Source of the DNA: an uncultured bacterium
GTDB taxonomy: Bacteria; Acidobacteriota; HRBIN11; JAKEFK01
DNA length: 17,993 bases
NCBI GenBank assembly: GCA_963777505.1
Contig: CAVZQN010000013.1
Span: forward strand, 1 to 17,993
Reading direction: 5' to 3'
The position numbers were made by a program, and so were the translations under genes. Shown piece after piece: positions 1 through 7,812 of this stretch. The notes beneath the pieces were generated by a model that was given only the letters and a program-made list of their open reading frames with translations, did no database searches and had not been told where the DNA came from. The first letter of the stretch is position 1; every line of letters begins with the position of its first letter.

Positions 1-156
1 CACGCCCGATCGTTCTCAACTGCGTCGAAAGGGGAAATGAAAGTTTTAAAGGTTGATTCCAATTTGCTTGAAAAGAATACATTTTCGCGTGTCGATCTAA
101 AAAAACTTTCCTTGGTGCCAGTTAGGAAAAAGAAGGAGCGTTTGGGGAGCAGATAA
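1..156 (+). CDS. Possible 3' end of an upstream gene (partial, hypothetical)
   Basis: Frame 1 is open from base 1 to TAA at 154-156 (HARSFSTASKGEMKVLKVDS...KERLGSR); no recognisable motif. Confidence 0.35.
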   Translation, partial: HARSFSTASKGEMKVLKVDSNLLEKNTFSRVDLKKLSLVPVRKKKERLGSR

Positions 157-369
157 ATACTACCATTCAGAGAAAGTTGATTCCTAATCCGGCTATAAGT
201 CAGGGCTGTATAGGATGTGTGTCGGATTTTGCCATCGGGGATGAAATTCGATTAATGGTTTCGCATTTCGGTCGCGTCCCCGAAGTAAATGATTTTAAAA
301 AAGCCGTCTTCGTCCACTAGCTACGCCGCACGTCTTTGTTAACAAGGGAAGTTCATTGTGGAGGCGCTC

Positions 370-1065
370 ATGAGCAATGATCTATCAATTCGCGGTTTAG
401 TACGGATTCCGGATTCGGCTGGATCCGATACGCAATCAGCAGAAGACAAGATCCAAAAAAATCCTGTAGGTAATTCTCAGCAGGCAGCCGCGACGCCAAA
501 GCTTCAACCGGAAGCCGCCAATGCACGCAGAGCTGAAGCAGGAATAACGGCGAATCAACTTCAATCGCAATTGCTCAACCAGACAAACAAAAAAATTTCT
601 ACAGGGACAACTCGTGCTACGAATCAAACACCAAAATCCGACGGCGCTGCTCTACAGAAGGCTCTCAAGATGTATGGGATTACGAATGAGCAACTGCAAC
701 GTTATGTTGCCACAGGTGAAGAGCCGGAAGGATTGAAGAAAGCTATAAGCGATGCAAGAGCTAAAGGCGGATGGCCCGCGCTAAATATTGTTCGTGCCAG
801 TTTTCAAAAGCGGGCGGAATACCTTCGAGCGAATAGCAGTCCGGATGATAATAAAAGCCGCGCACAAGCAGATCAACTCGATGCAGAATCCGCGAGCCTC
901 ACGCGAAATAGGCACGGGGTCCAACTGAAGCAGGCTAAGGATAGATTGGAATTAAGTAAAACCTCTACGCGTCCCGCTAACACTCAAAATCAAGTGACTC
1001 AAGCAACGATGGATATTGAAAACATAAGTGCTGAAATGGAGAAAATGATCAAACCGCGTAAGTAA
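370..1065 (+). CDS. Hypothetical protein (~231 aa), effector-like, with disordered N-terminus and the shared 19-aa motif
   Basis: ORF 358..1065; GGAGG at 360-364 favours the ATG at 370. Q/A/S/T-rich N-terminus, helical remainder, no hydrophobic signal peptide. Confidence 0.8.
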   Translation: MSNDLSIRGLVRIPDSAGSDTQSAEDKIQKNPVGNSQQAAATPKLQPEAANARRAEAGITANQLQSQLLNQTNKKISTGTTRATNQTPKSDGAALQKALKMYGITNEQLQRYVATGEEPEGLKKAISDARAKGGWPALNIVRASFQKRAEYLRANSSPDDNKSRAQADQLDAESASLTRNRHGVQLKQAKDRLELSKTSTRPANTQNQVTQATMDIENISAEMEKMIKPRK

Positions 1066-1188
1066 AAGTTGCTCCCCCCGTTGAATATCTATCGGTAACT
1101 CATAACCTTTCTTTGTCCCCCAAAAATAATCATTTTTTCTGCCGATTGCGTCGACATTTTCTCGCGTATTTCAAATAATACTTTTGAT

Positions 1189-1561
1189 CATTACATACTT
1201 GGCTGCGTTTACCTGGCGCAGTCGAAAGCTCAAGCTGCATTGGATGAAATGCAGCGTGAACCAGATATGGCTTTTCGATTGACGGGCCTCGCATCCGCAT
1301 ATCACGATTTGGGAAAGAAAAAGAATCGGATGCCGCATTAGCAGAACTGATCCAAAAATACCAAGGTGATTCAGCGTATCAAGTGTTAGTGTATATTCCT
1401 ACCGCGGTGAGACAGATAAAGCATTCGAATGGTTGGAACGCGCATACGTCCAACGTGATGGTGGATTATCCGAAATGAAAGGAGATCCGCTTTTGCGTAA
1501 CATTAGAAAGGATCCGCGTTTTACTGCCTTCCTCAAGAAAATGAACCTGCCGTTAGATTAG
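1189..1561 (+). pseudogene. C-terminal TPR remnant of a Ser/Thr kinase or TolB-like/TPR regulator
   Basis: Stitching frames gives HYILGCVYLAQSKAQAALDEMQREPD...AYHDLGKK/ESDAALAELIQKY...YRGETDKAFEWLERAYVQRDGGLSEMKGDPLLRNIRKDPRFTAFLKKMNLPLD*. This is the typical DPLL..LR.DPRF tail of such proteins. At least 2 frameshifts and no start codon. Confidence 0.8.
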
Positions 1562-1834
1562 TCTTTTGTGGAACCTCAAAAAGTTTTTCAGCCGCGGTCC
1601 TGATGTCATCGGGGATGGGGACCCACTGACTTGGTCAAAGGTGCCGAAGACTATGTTCTTTCCGACCGTAAAAAACCATCCAGAACAGGTACGGCTCTTA
1701 CATTATATATAAGAGAGGAAATAGACTGATAACTTTGTGGTGAGGAAGGCGCAGAAAGCTTCCTTATATATATTGGAATATGTTCTTTATCCAAATGTTT
1801 TTCTGCGGTTAAATAAATAGAACGGAGGTGGGTC

Positions 1835-2872
1835 GTGAATACTGACCGATTTCTCTCTCTGGAATCGATCGTAACGGTAATGGCTTTCGTCTTGTTGGTC
1901 TTAGGTGCAGGCTCGGTGCTTGCTGGCGACTCTGCGGATTCAGTCGTCGCATGTTTCCTCACCGATGCGGCTTGTGTCGGGAGGTTTGACTGTCGAGCAG
2001 CAAAAGGCAGCACAAGCAGAGTTAACAGGCAAACTACTTGGTGATTTGCCTTCCAATGCAATGGCTGTTCGAGTTCCGTTTACAGCGGAAGAAGCGGCCT
2101 CGATTGAAAAGTCGAAATCGACAGTTCCTCTGAAAATTGGAATGGTGAAGGCAATCAACCCACGCATTGAAGTTCGCGGTAAAAGTATCGCTCGCACAAC
2201 AACGCGTGACGGTGGTCTCGTATGGGCAGCAGTTTTCAATGCGGATAACGCAGGTGCGATCAGACTGCATGTGGAAAACATGTCGCTTCCTGCCGACACA
2301 AAAGTTTACCTGTACAGTAAGGATGGTCAGGCTTATAGGCCCTTATACCGGAAAGGGTCCGAATCGTACAGGTGAATTCTGGACCGCCACTATTTTCGGT
2401 TCGGAAGCGATCCTGCAACTGCACATTTCCTCTGCGGCAGCAAAGTCGAACTTGAGTAAAGTTTCGTTTTTCGGGTTCGGCAAGCAGGTTTGATTACGCG
2501 TAGATACGCAGGTGGATCGCAAGAGATTTTCAAACTCGTACCGAATGCGCCCCTGGCCGGAACTGGCCGTGTGACAATATAAACTGCGTTGAGGATGCGA
2601 CTTGCTACGGCGGTATCGCCGACACGCTGTCACTGGCAGTTGCAAAAATGGAGTGGCCACAGGGCGCATTCCTCTACACTTGCACAGGTGGGCTTATCAG
2701 TGACAACAATCCATCGCAGAATAACTTTTTCCTCACAGCGAATCATTGCGTTAGCAAAAACAACAATGCCAGGAACGTCAACTTCTACTGGCGATTCGCT
2801 ACTTCGTCCTGTGAAGGGACTTGTCCAACGAATGGTGGATGGTCATTTCAAACGCAGGGTGCGACTGTCTCC
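1835..2872 (+). pseudogene. Secreted trypsin-like (lysyl endopeptidase-type, S1) serine protease, frameshifted and 3'-truncated
   Basis: RBS GGAGG, a signal-peptide-like start (MAFVLLVLGAGSVLA), a propeptide split over ORFs 1905 and 2167, then CTGGLI...FLTANHC (catalytic His motif) in ORF 2648. No catalytic Ser motif follows. Confidence 0.8.
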
Positions 2873-3100
2873 CCGCGACGTGCAAAGGAGAAGCAGAGCT
2901 TAAGTGAAGAGTTGCGCCAGGAACATTTTTTATCTCTACTTTTTTCACCAAAGCAGAGGGATGTGTTGATGAAAAAAGTGCGAGGGGAAATGTTAAACAA
3001 AACTGAACGTGAATATTTTTCCCGGGTTGTCAAAAAACGGCTAATGGCCGTGACAGATCCTGATGTCCATCGTCTCGCTATGAAAGCTCTGCAACAATAA
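2873..3100 (+). pseudogene. Unrelated C-terminal fragment of a hypothetical basic helical protein, fused in frame to the protease remnant
   Basis: Composition switches abruptly after QGATVS from Cys/Gly/Asn-rich to K/R/E-rich (LFSPKQRDVLMKKVRGEMLNKTEREYFSRVVKKRL). Confidence 0.55.
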
Positions 3101-3145
3101 ACGCGCCGGTACCATAGAATGGCCTCATCAAATGGCGGATGTAAA

Positions 3146-3178
3146 GGCAAGAATTTGCCAAACGGCAAAATTTTGCCG
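3146..3178. promoter_or_regulatory. Tandem palindromic sites, candidate enhancer-binding-protein UAS
   Basis: GGCAAGAATTTGCC (3146-3159) and perfect palindrome CGGCAAAATTTTGCCG (3163-3178), about 65-100 bp upstream of a sigma54 motif. Confidence 0.55.
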
Positions 3179-3241
3179 ATTCGCAAAAAACAAAACGCAT
3201 TCTGATCTGATCATATCCTCGAAATCCTCCGCACAATGCTC

Positions 3242-3258
3242 TTGGCATAAGCGTTGCT
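3242..3258 (+). promoter_or_regulatory. Sigma54 (-24/-12) promoter
   Basis: TTGGCATAAGCGTTGCT matches TGGCAC-N5-TTGC with GG-N10-GC spacing, 28 bp before the ATG at 3287. Confidence 0.8.
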
Positions 3259-3286
3259 TTAGTGTTGAACGCATCAGGAGGGAAAA

Positions 3287-4546
3287 ATGTTTAAGGTCGG
3301 AATCAATTCAGCACCACGGATTACAACGCCGGAAATAAACGAGACCGAGGAAACTCAGCAACAAAATGTGCAGGAGCAGATTGCCCCGCAGCAGGCAAAA
3401 CCAGTTTCGGCCGCAAATTCATCGATTCGAAGTGAAGCTATGTTTTCGACAATGGCTATGCGTTCACAGTTGACTCAACAGTTAGCTAACAACGAATCTA
3501 TGAAATCGAATCCTGAATCGTTTCAAAACACCGCACAAGTTGATCTGAAAGCGCCCTTAACGGAGAGTCAGGCAGATCAGCAAATCAATAACAAACCTGA
3601 ATACGATCAGCGAAAACCACTCACTGGTAGAGATCCATGGAATGGAGCTCTGTTGCCTAAGACCCTATTCACAGGTGATGGTGATGATCTCGTTGATATT
3701 CAGCAGAGTTCCGATGGAAGAGTTCATGTGAATGTAAATGGAAAGGAAGCATGGTCCGGGACAGTCAGACAATATCAGTCACTGACAATTAATACTGGCG
3801 CTGGAAGCGATACTGTGAACATCCATAACATGAATTATTTGGTCGGTACTAAGCTTCAGACCGGTGATGGAAATGATGTAGTAAATAATCAGAGCTCGCT
3901 TACTTCGATCGATACAGGTGCGGGAAACGACACGGTCAATTCGAATGGAGACAATAATCAAATTAACACAGGCGAGGGAAACGATATTGTAGAAATAACC
4001 GGAGACAACAACGAAGTACAAACCGGAGACGGCGCTGATTGGGTTCGCCTGAACAGTGAGCGCTTTACGAATGGAGGAATTGACACTTACTCCGGTTACG
4101 CCAACCGCGTCGATACGGGAGCAGGAAATGATTCGGTGTTAGTCGAGGGACCAGTAGGGGCAGCCATTTCTACTGGTGACGGCGATGATTACGTTGACAA
4201 TAAAGGCAGTGGTTCCACTATTCAGACCGGTGATGGAAATGATTGGGTTGAAAATAGCGGAGATTACAGCAAAATCGCAACAGGCGGCGGAGACGATCGG
4301 ATCAATCAGACATCCGGAGAAGGAACAACGATCAATCCGGGAGAAGGCTACGATCATGTTTTTATTAAGGAAAATCATGATGGATCAGACACTGGCGGTT
4401 ATTGGATGAGAGATTCTTATACCGGACAGGATTACTGGGTGCGCCGTGAGGAAAATAGCGTGGCTCCAATCACGGTGGAAACAGATGGCAACGATGTTGT
4501 CTATAACAGCGATGATTCAAAAGTGATCGTTGATGATGAGAAGTAG
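3287..4546 (+). CDS. RTX-like Gly/Asp repeat (probable Ca-binding beta-roll) protein with effector-like N-terminus
   Basis: 419-aa ORF with RBS AGGAGG; about 11 copies of TGxG[ND]Dx[VI], often at 18-aa spacing; no Sec signal. Confidence 0.85.
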   Translation: MFKVGINSAPRITTPEINETEETQQQNVQEQIAPQQAKPVSAANSSIRSEAMFSTMAMRSQLTQQLANNESMKSNPESFQNTAQVDLKAPLTESQADQQINNKPEYDQRKPLTGRDPWNGALLPKTLFTGDGDDLVDIQQSSDGRVHVNVNGKEAWSGTVRQYQSLTINTGAGSDTVNIHNMNYLVGTKLQTGDGNDVVNNQSSLTSIDTGAGNDTVNSNGDNNQINTGEGNDIVEITGDNNEVQTGDGADWVRLNSERFTNGGIDTYSGYANRVDTGAGNDSVLVEGPVGAAISTGDGDDYVDNKGSGSTIQTGDGNDWVENSGDYSKIATGGGDDRINQTSGEGTTINPGEGYDHVFIKENHDGSDTGGYWMRDSYTGQDYWVRREENSVAPITVETDGNDVVYNSDDSKVIVDDEK

Positions 4547-4577
4547 GAGGAAATGTTAAAGTCGGAATCAATTCAGC
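4547..4577 (+). repeat. Direct-repeat copy of the RBS and first codons of gene 3287
   Basis: GAGGAAATGTTAAAGTCGGAATCAATTCAGC versus GAGGGAAAAATGTTTAAGGTCGGAATCAATTCAGC (3278-3312); 17 bp exact (4561-4577 = 3296-3312). Confidence 0.85.
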
Positions 4578-4613
4578 GACGAAGTTTTGAGTTTGAGGTG
4601 TCATTGTGTGTAT

Positions 4614-4627
4614 TGTACAATTGTACA
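4614..4627. promoter_or_regulatory. Palindromic TA operator overlapping a -10-like TACAAT
   Basis: Perfect palindrome TGTACAATTGTACA upstream of vapC; TGTACA cores are the known YefM/Phd-type operator. Confidence 0.65.
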
Positions 4628-4644
4628 TTAGGTTGAAATTTTGA

Positions 4645-5039
4645 ATGGAGATTGCAGTTGATGCATCGGTTCTTATCGCAGTAGTTGCGGAGGAGCCGGA
4701 AAAAGCAACTTTAATTGATCTAACAGCTGGAAGCAGTTCGATTACTCCAGCATCAACTCATTGGGAAATTGGAAATGCTTTCTCGGCTATGATAAAACGC
4801 AAACGCATTACAATAGCCGAAGCAGAAAAGGCGATTGAAAATTACAATCAGATTGCAATCCGTTTTGTCGATATCGATCTAGTTGAAGCATTACGACTCG
4901 CTGAAGATGCTGACGTATTTACGCTTACGATGCGTACTTATTGAAATGTGCACAAGCATCGAATTGTGCTCTTTTAACGCTGGATCATGGGCTTGTGCGT
5001 GCTGCAAAGCGCGCAAATATAAAGGTCCTTGAGGTTTAA
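4645..5039 (+). pseudogene. vapC: VapC/PIN-domain toxin, frameshifted near 4905-4918
   Basis: N-terminal VDASVLIA and WEIGNA; a second frame continues IYAYDAYLLKCAQASNCALLTLDHGLVRAAKRANIKVLEV* to TAA 5037-5039, completing the PIN acidic motifs. Confidence 0.85.
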
Positions 5040-5040
5040 T

Positions 5041-5301
5041 ATGAAAACGTATACGTACTCGAAGGCTCGTCAGAATTTAGCTTCCGTACTAAATCAGGCT
5101 AAGAAAGATGGGGCGGTTCGTATATCCAGAAGAGATGGGCAATCCTTCGAAATCAGGCCTGAACAACCAGGTAAATCTCCACTGGATGTTCCTGGAATTC
5201 AACTTGGAATCACCACTGACGAAATTATTCAGATTGTGCGGGAAGGTAGAAAAAAATATGGAGGATCATCCCGGATGAAGCGCCGGTCAAAAGATCGATG
5301 A
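5041..5301 (+). CDS. Phd/YefM-family antitoxin
   Basis: MKTYTYSKARQNLASVLNQAKKDGAVRISRRDG is a Phd/YefM N-terminal signature; the ATG lies just after the vapC stop with GAGG upstream. Confidence 0.88.
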   Translation: MKTYTYSKARQNLASVLNQAKKDGAVRISRRDGQSFEIRPEQPGKSPLDVPGIQLGITTDEIIQIVREGRKKYGGSSRMKRRSKDR

Positions 5302-5320
5302 AATAGTATTAATTACAACT

Positions 5321-5450
5321 ATGAAACGTTCAGGATTTGCAGATTTGCCGCTTAGGATCCGTAATGGGAATTGATTGACATTCCTCAGGAATTACTACAT
5401 CCGTCATGGGGACGCTCAAGCGCGGATTGAACATTCGTGCGAAAGAATTG
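5321..5450 (+). pseudogene. DUF763-family gene remnant (internal deletion plus nonsense codon)
   Basis: MKRSGFADLPL joined directly to LGSVMGID*HSSGITTSVMGTLKRGLNIRAKEL. Both resemble DUF763 motifs as I recall them (ADLPLH; GMDWHSSGITTSV.GALK), with TGG changed to TGA. Confidence 0.75.
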
Positions 5451-5455
5451 AAATC

Positions 5456-5530
5456 ACCACCAAGAACAAAGGTCACAAAGGATTTTATAAGATCTAAGTA
5501 ATATTTGTTCTTTGTGTCTTTGTCCTCCGT
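5456..5530. repeat. CACAAAG/CTTTGTG imperfect inverted-repeat element (REP/MITE-like)
   Basis: Left arm ACCACCAAGAACAAAGGTCACAAAG, AT-rich spacer, right arm TTTGTTCTTTGTGTCTTTGTCC. Confidence 0.55.
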
Positions 5531-5594
5531 TCACTACATGAGTTGGATCGTCTTCCTTTAAGAGCAAACAAATATGTAACAGGAGGACAAAAAA

Positions 5595-7469
5595 ATGGGT
5601 GGCGGACCAATAGGCGATCCAACAACAAAACCTATAACCCGAACGGATTCTGGTAATGTCGGGGCAACCGAGGATAAACAACCGGTCACAACCCCACCAC
5701 CGCCGTCGAAACCTGCGGACGACCCTGCAGTAACCGCAAAAACTTCTACAGCCTTGAAACAGCAAGGAACCGAAACAAAAAGTCAGCTTCAGATATCAGG
5801 ACAACTGGTTCAGCAAAACTTGAATAACGCCCTACCGGCCGGAGCGAAACCACAAGCCGCGGTCTTTGACGGACCCGGAATGGATCTGAAAAATGTCGTT
5901 GTTAGAAACTTTGATAAACCAATCGAAGCTGCAGCTCATGTAATGAAATATGAAAATACCGACCCGGCTCATGCGTCGCTGCAGTTTCATGAAATAGTTT
6001 CCAAACACAAAGATGATCCGAAATATCTGAAGGAATTTTTCGGAGCAATTGGCGGCGACAAGAGCAAAGAACTAATCGCACGATCTCACAATTTCCTGTA
6101 CATCAGCCGTCCCAATAACTCAAAAGCGGATGTTGATAAATATACAGGAGGTGTGCGAGATGCTATTCATACGCTGCATAAATCTGGCGATCTCACATCA
6201 TCGGACGTCCAGGGCATCGTGCATGCTGCAAACGCTCAGGGAGTGGATACTCTCGCAAAACTTTCTACGTCCATTTCGAATCTTCCTGAAGCAGAAAACT
6301 TGAAGAAGTCGTTTGCTGAAAACAATATGCAGCTTTATCAAGCCTATCAGTGGAATGCTACAGCGAAAGCGGCTTATGCTACGTCAGCTGCGGAATTGAT
6401 GGGGAAAACTACCACCGAAGATCAACTGAAATTCATGAGCAAGCTGAGTAAGGAAAACAAGCTTGACTCATTTGTTAAAGATGCGACTTCTTATCAACCT
6501 CAGTCCGTTTATGAAGCCTCTTCCACGTATGAAGGACGAAAAGCAGAAGCCACTCAACAACCAACAGGTGTCGCTAATCTTGTCAATACTACCTACATAG
6601 CAAGTCACGGAGATGCGCGTGATCGGTCACTCCCGATTAATGTTAAAGAGTTGGAAGACCTTCGGTTAAACATGTTCCAATCAGCAGCAGACGTGTACTC
6701 TGACCCTAAACGGATCCCAATCTGGTCTAAAAGCACGGACATGAAAGATGCCTTATCCGGAATTTTCCAGGATGATTTCGATAAGATTTGGAAATCTGGA
6801 CTTGCACAAAATAAGGCGGTATTTGATGACGAAAGCGACAACCCACACAGGTCGGCAATTCAGCCGAAACTGGAAGGGTTTTTCCAGCATGCTCTGTTTT
6901 CTGAACCTACAGGCCAGTATCGTGATGAGACGAGTAAATTTCTTGCAGGAAAAATGAACGGTTGGATGGCTGACATCAACGATTCAAAAATGTCAAAACA
7001 AGCTTTCTCTGCGAAATACGGAATGGAACGGACTCAACTCACGCACATCATGGGCGAAACCATGGGCTTTGTTAACAATGGAATGCAGACTGCGGTTAAG
7101 AGTGCGAAAGATCGCAAGGCTGCGAATGAAGCCGGATTAAAGTGGATGATGGATCTTGGATTCAGCTTACTGCCGGGAGGGGGCATTCCTAAAAAGATGC
7201 TTGGAATCGAAGGCGCGGAAACGATTTCCAAAATCGTTGCAGGTGTTCATGAAAAAGCGAAGGATGCGTTGAAAGATATGACCAAAGATGAAGCCGTGAA
7301 ATATTTGTTGAAAGAATATCCGGGTTTGCGCGCGGATAAAGTCATGGAGGAACTCTTTCAGGAACTGCGGGAAGCAGCGCCAGGTAGCGACGGTCACGAT
7401 CTTTTATCTGCGCTTCAAAGTTCTTACACTCATGTAGATTTGCACCCCAAAATTCCTGGTGGCGTTTAA
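5595..7469 (+). CDS. Hypothetical 624-aa predominantly helical protein with Pro/Thr-rich N-terminus and the shared motif
   Basis: Long intact ORF with RBS AGGAGG; no Sec signal; short hydrophobic Gly-rich segment near the C-terminus (WMMDLGFSLLPGGG). Confidence 0.9.
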   Translation: MGGGPIGDPTTKPITRTDSGNVGATEDKQPVTTPPPPSKPADDPAVTAKTSTALKQQGTETKSQLQISGQLVQQNLNNALPAGAKPQAAVFDGPGMDLKNVVVRNFDKPIEAAAHVMKYENTDPAHASLQFHEIVSKHKDDPKYLKEFFGAIGGDKSKELIARSHNFLYISRPNNSKADVDKYTGGVRDAIHTLHKSGDLTSSDVQGIVHAANAQGVDTLAKLSTSISNLPEAENLKKSFAENNMQLYQAYQWNATAKAAYATSAAELMGKTTTEDQLKFMSKLSKENKLDSFVKDATSYQPQSVYEASSTYEGRKAEATQQPTGVANLVNTTYIASHGDARDRSLPINVKELEDLRLNMFQSAADVYSDPKRIPIWSKSTDMKDALSGIFQDDFDKIWKSGLAQNKAVFDDESDNPHRSAIQPKLEGFFQHALFSEPTGQYRDETSKFLAGKMNGWMADINDSKMSKQAFSAKYGMERTQLTHIMGETMGFVNNGMQTAVKSAKDRKAANEAGLKWMMDLGFSLLPGGGIPKKMLGIEGAETISKIVAGVHEKAKDALKDMTKDEAVKYLLKEYPGLRADKVMEELFQELREAAPGSDGHDLLSALQSSYTHVDLHPKIPGGV

Positions 7470-7526
7470 TAAGGTTATTCGTGGCTTAGCGTTTTTCCGT
7501 TAAGCCCCTTGAAGTTCCGGAGACTG

Positions 7527-7554
7527 GCAAGGGCGACGTTTTGATCGCCCTTGC
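7527..7554. terminator. Stem-loop after gene 5595 (terminator or REP-like)
   Basis: GCAAGGGCGA-N8-TCGCCCTTGC perfect 10-bp stem; no U-tract. Confidence 0.45.
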
Positions 7555-7812
7555 TGCAACGCTAAATTTCCATCGGCTCTAATGACGGTGCAATTATTAG
7601 CGGTCAGTCCAATGGATCCATTAACCTATCTTGCTGTGCATTAATTGTTCTCTTAGCTGCTACATTTGCGAGTTTCATTTCTGCACTTCGCTCCTCATCT
7701 TTTTCATCCAGCAGAAGTTTTGATAAAGAGCAGGTTAGGGACTTACATTAATAATGGCCGCACAGTTTTTGATGACAAAAGTTCAACAAAATTGCGCGCA
7801 AAACAGCTGTCA

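Noticed and set aside
320-345. Sigma54-like CCGCACGTCTTTGTT upstream of gene 370
   Set aside because: Lacks both the invariant GG and the GC at the correct spacing.
1700-1775. TATATATAAG / CTTATATATA inverted repeat upstream of the protease remnant
   Set aside because: Low-complexity AT sequence; chance pairing cannot be excluded.
3132-3338. 68-aa ORF
   Set aside because: Overlaps the palindromes, the sigma54 promoter and the 3287 start; better explained as regulatory DNA.
3660-4360. CRISPR-like or tandem DNA repeat
   Set aside because: The periodicity is explained by protein-level Gly/Asp repeats within an open frame; there is no repeat-spacer structure.
5375-5401. TTGACA as a sigma70 -35 box for gene 5595
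   Set aside because: No good -10 at 16-18 bp; the hexamer is explained by the TGG-to-TGA mutation in the DUF763 remnant.
7606-7730. Minus-strand fragment (LLLDEKDEERSAEMKLANVAAKRTINAQ) vaguely like a ferritin-like DUF892 C-terminus
   Set aside because: Similarity is too weak and short to support a call.
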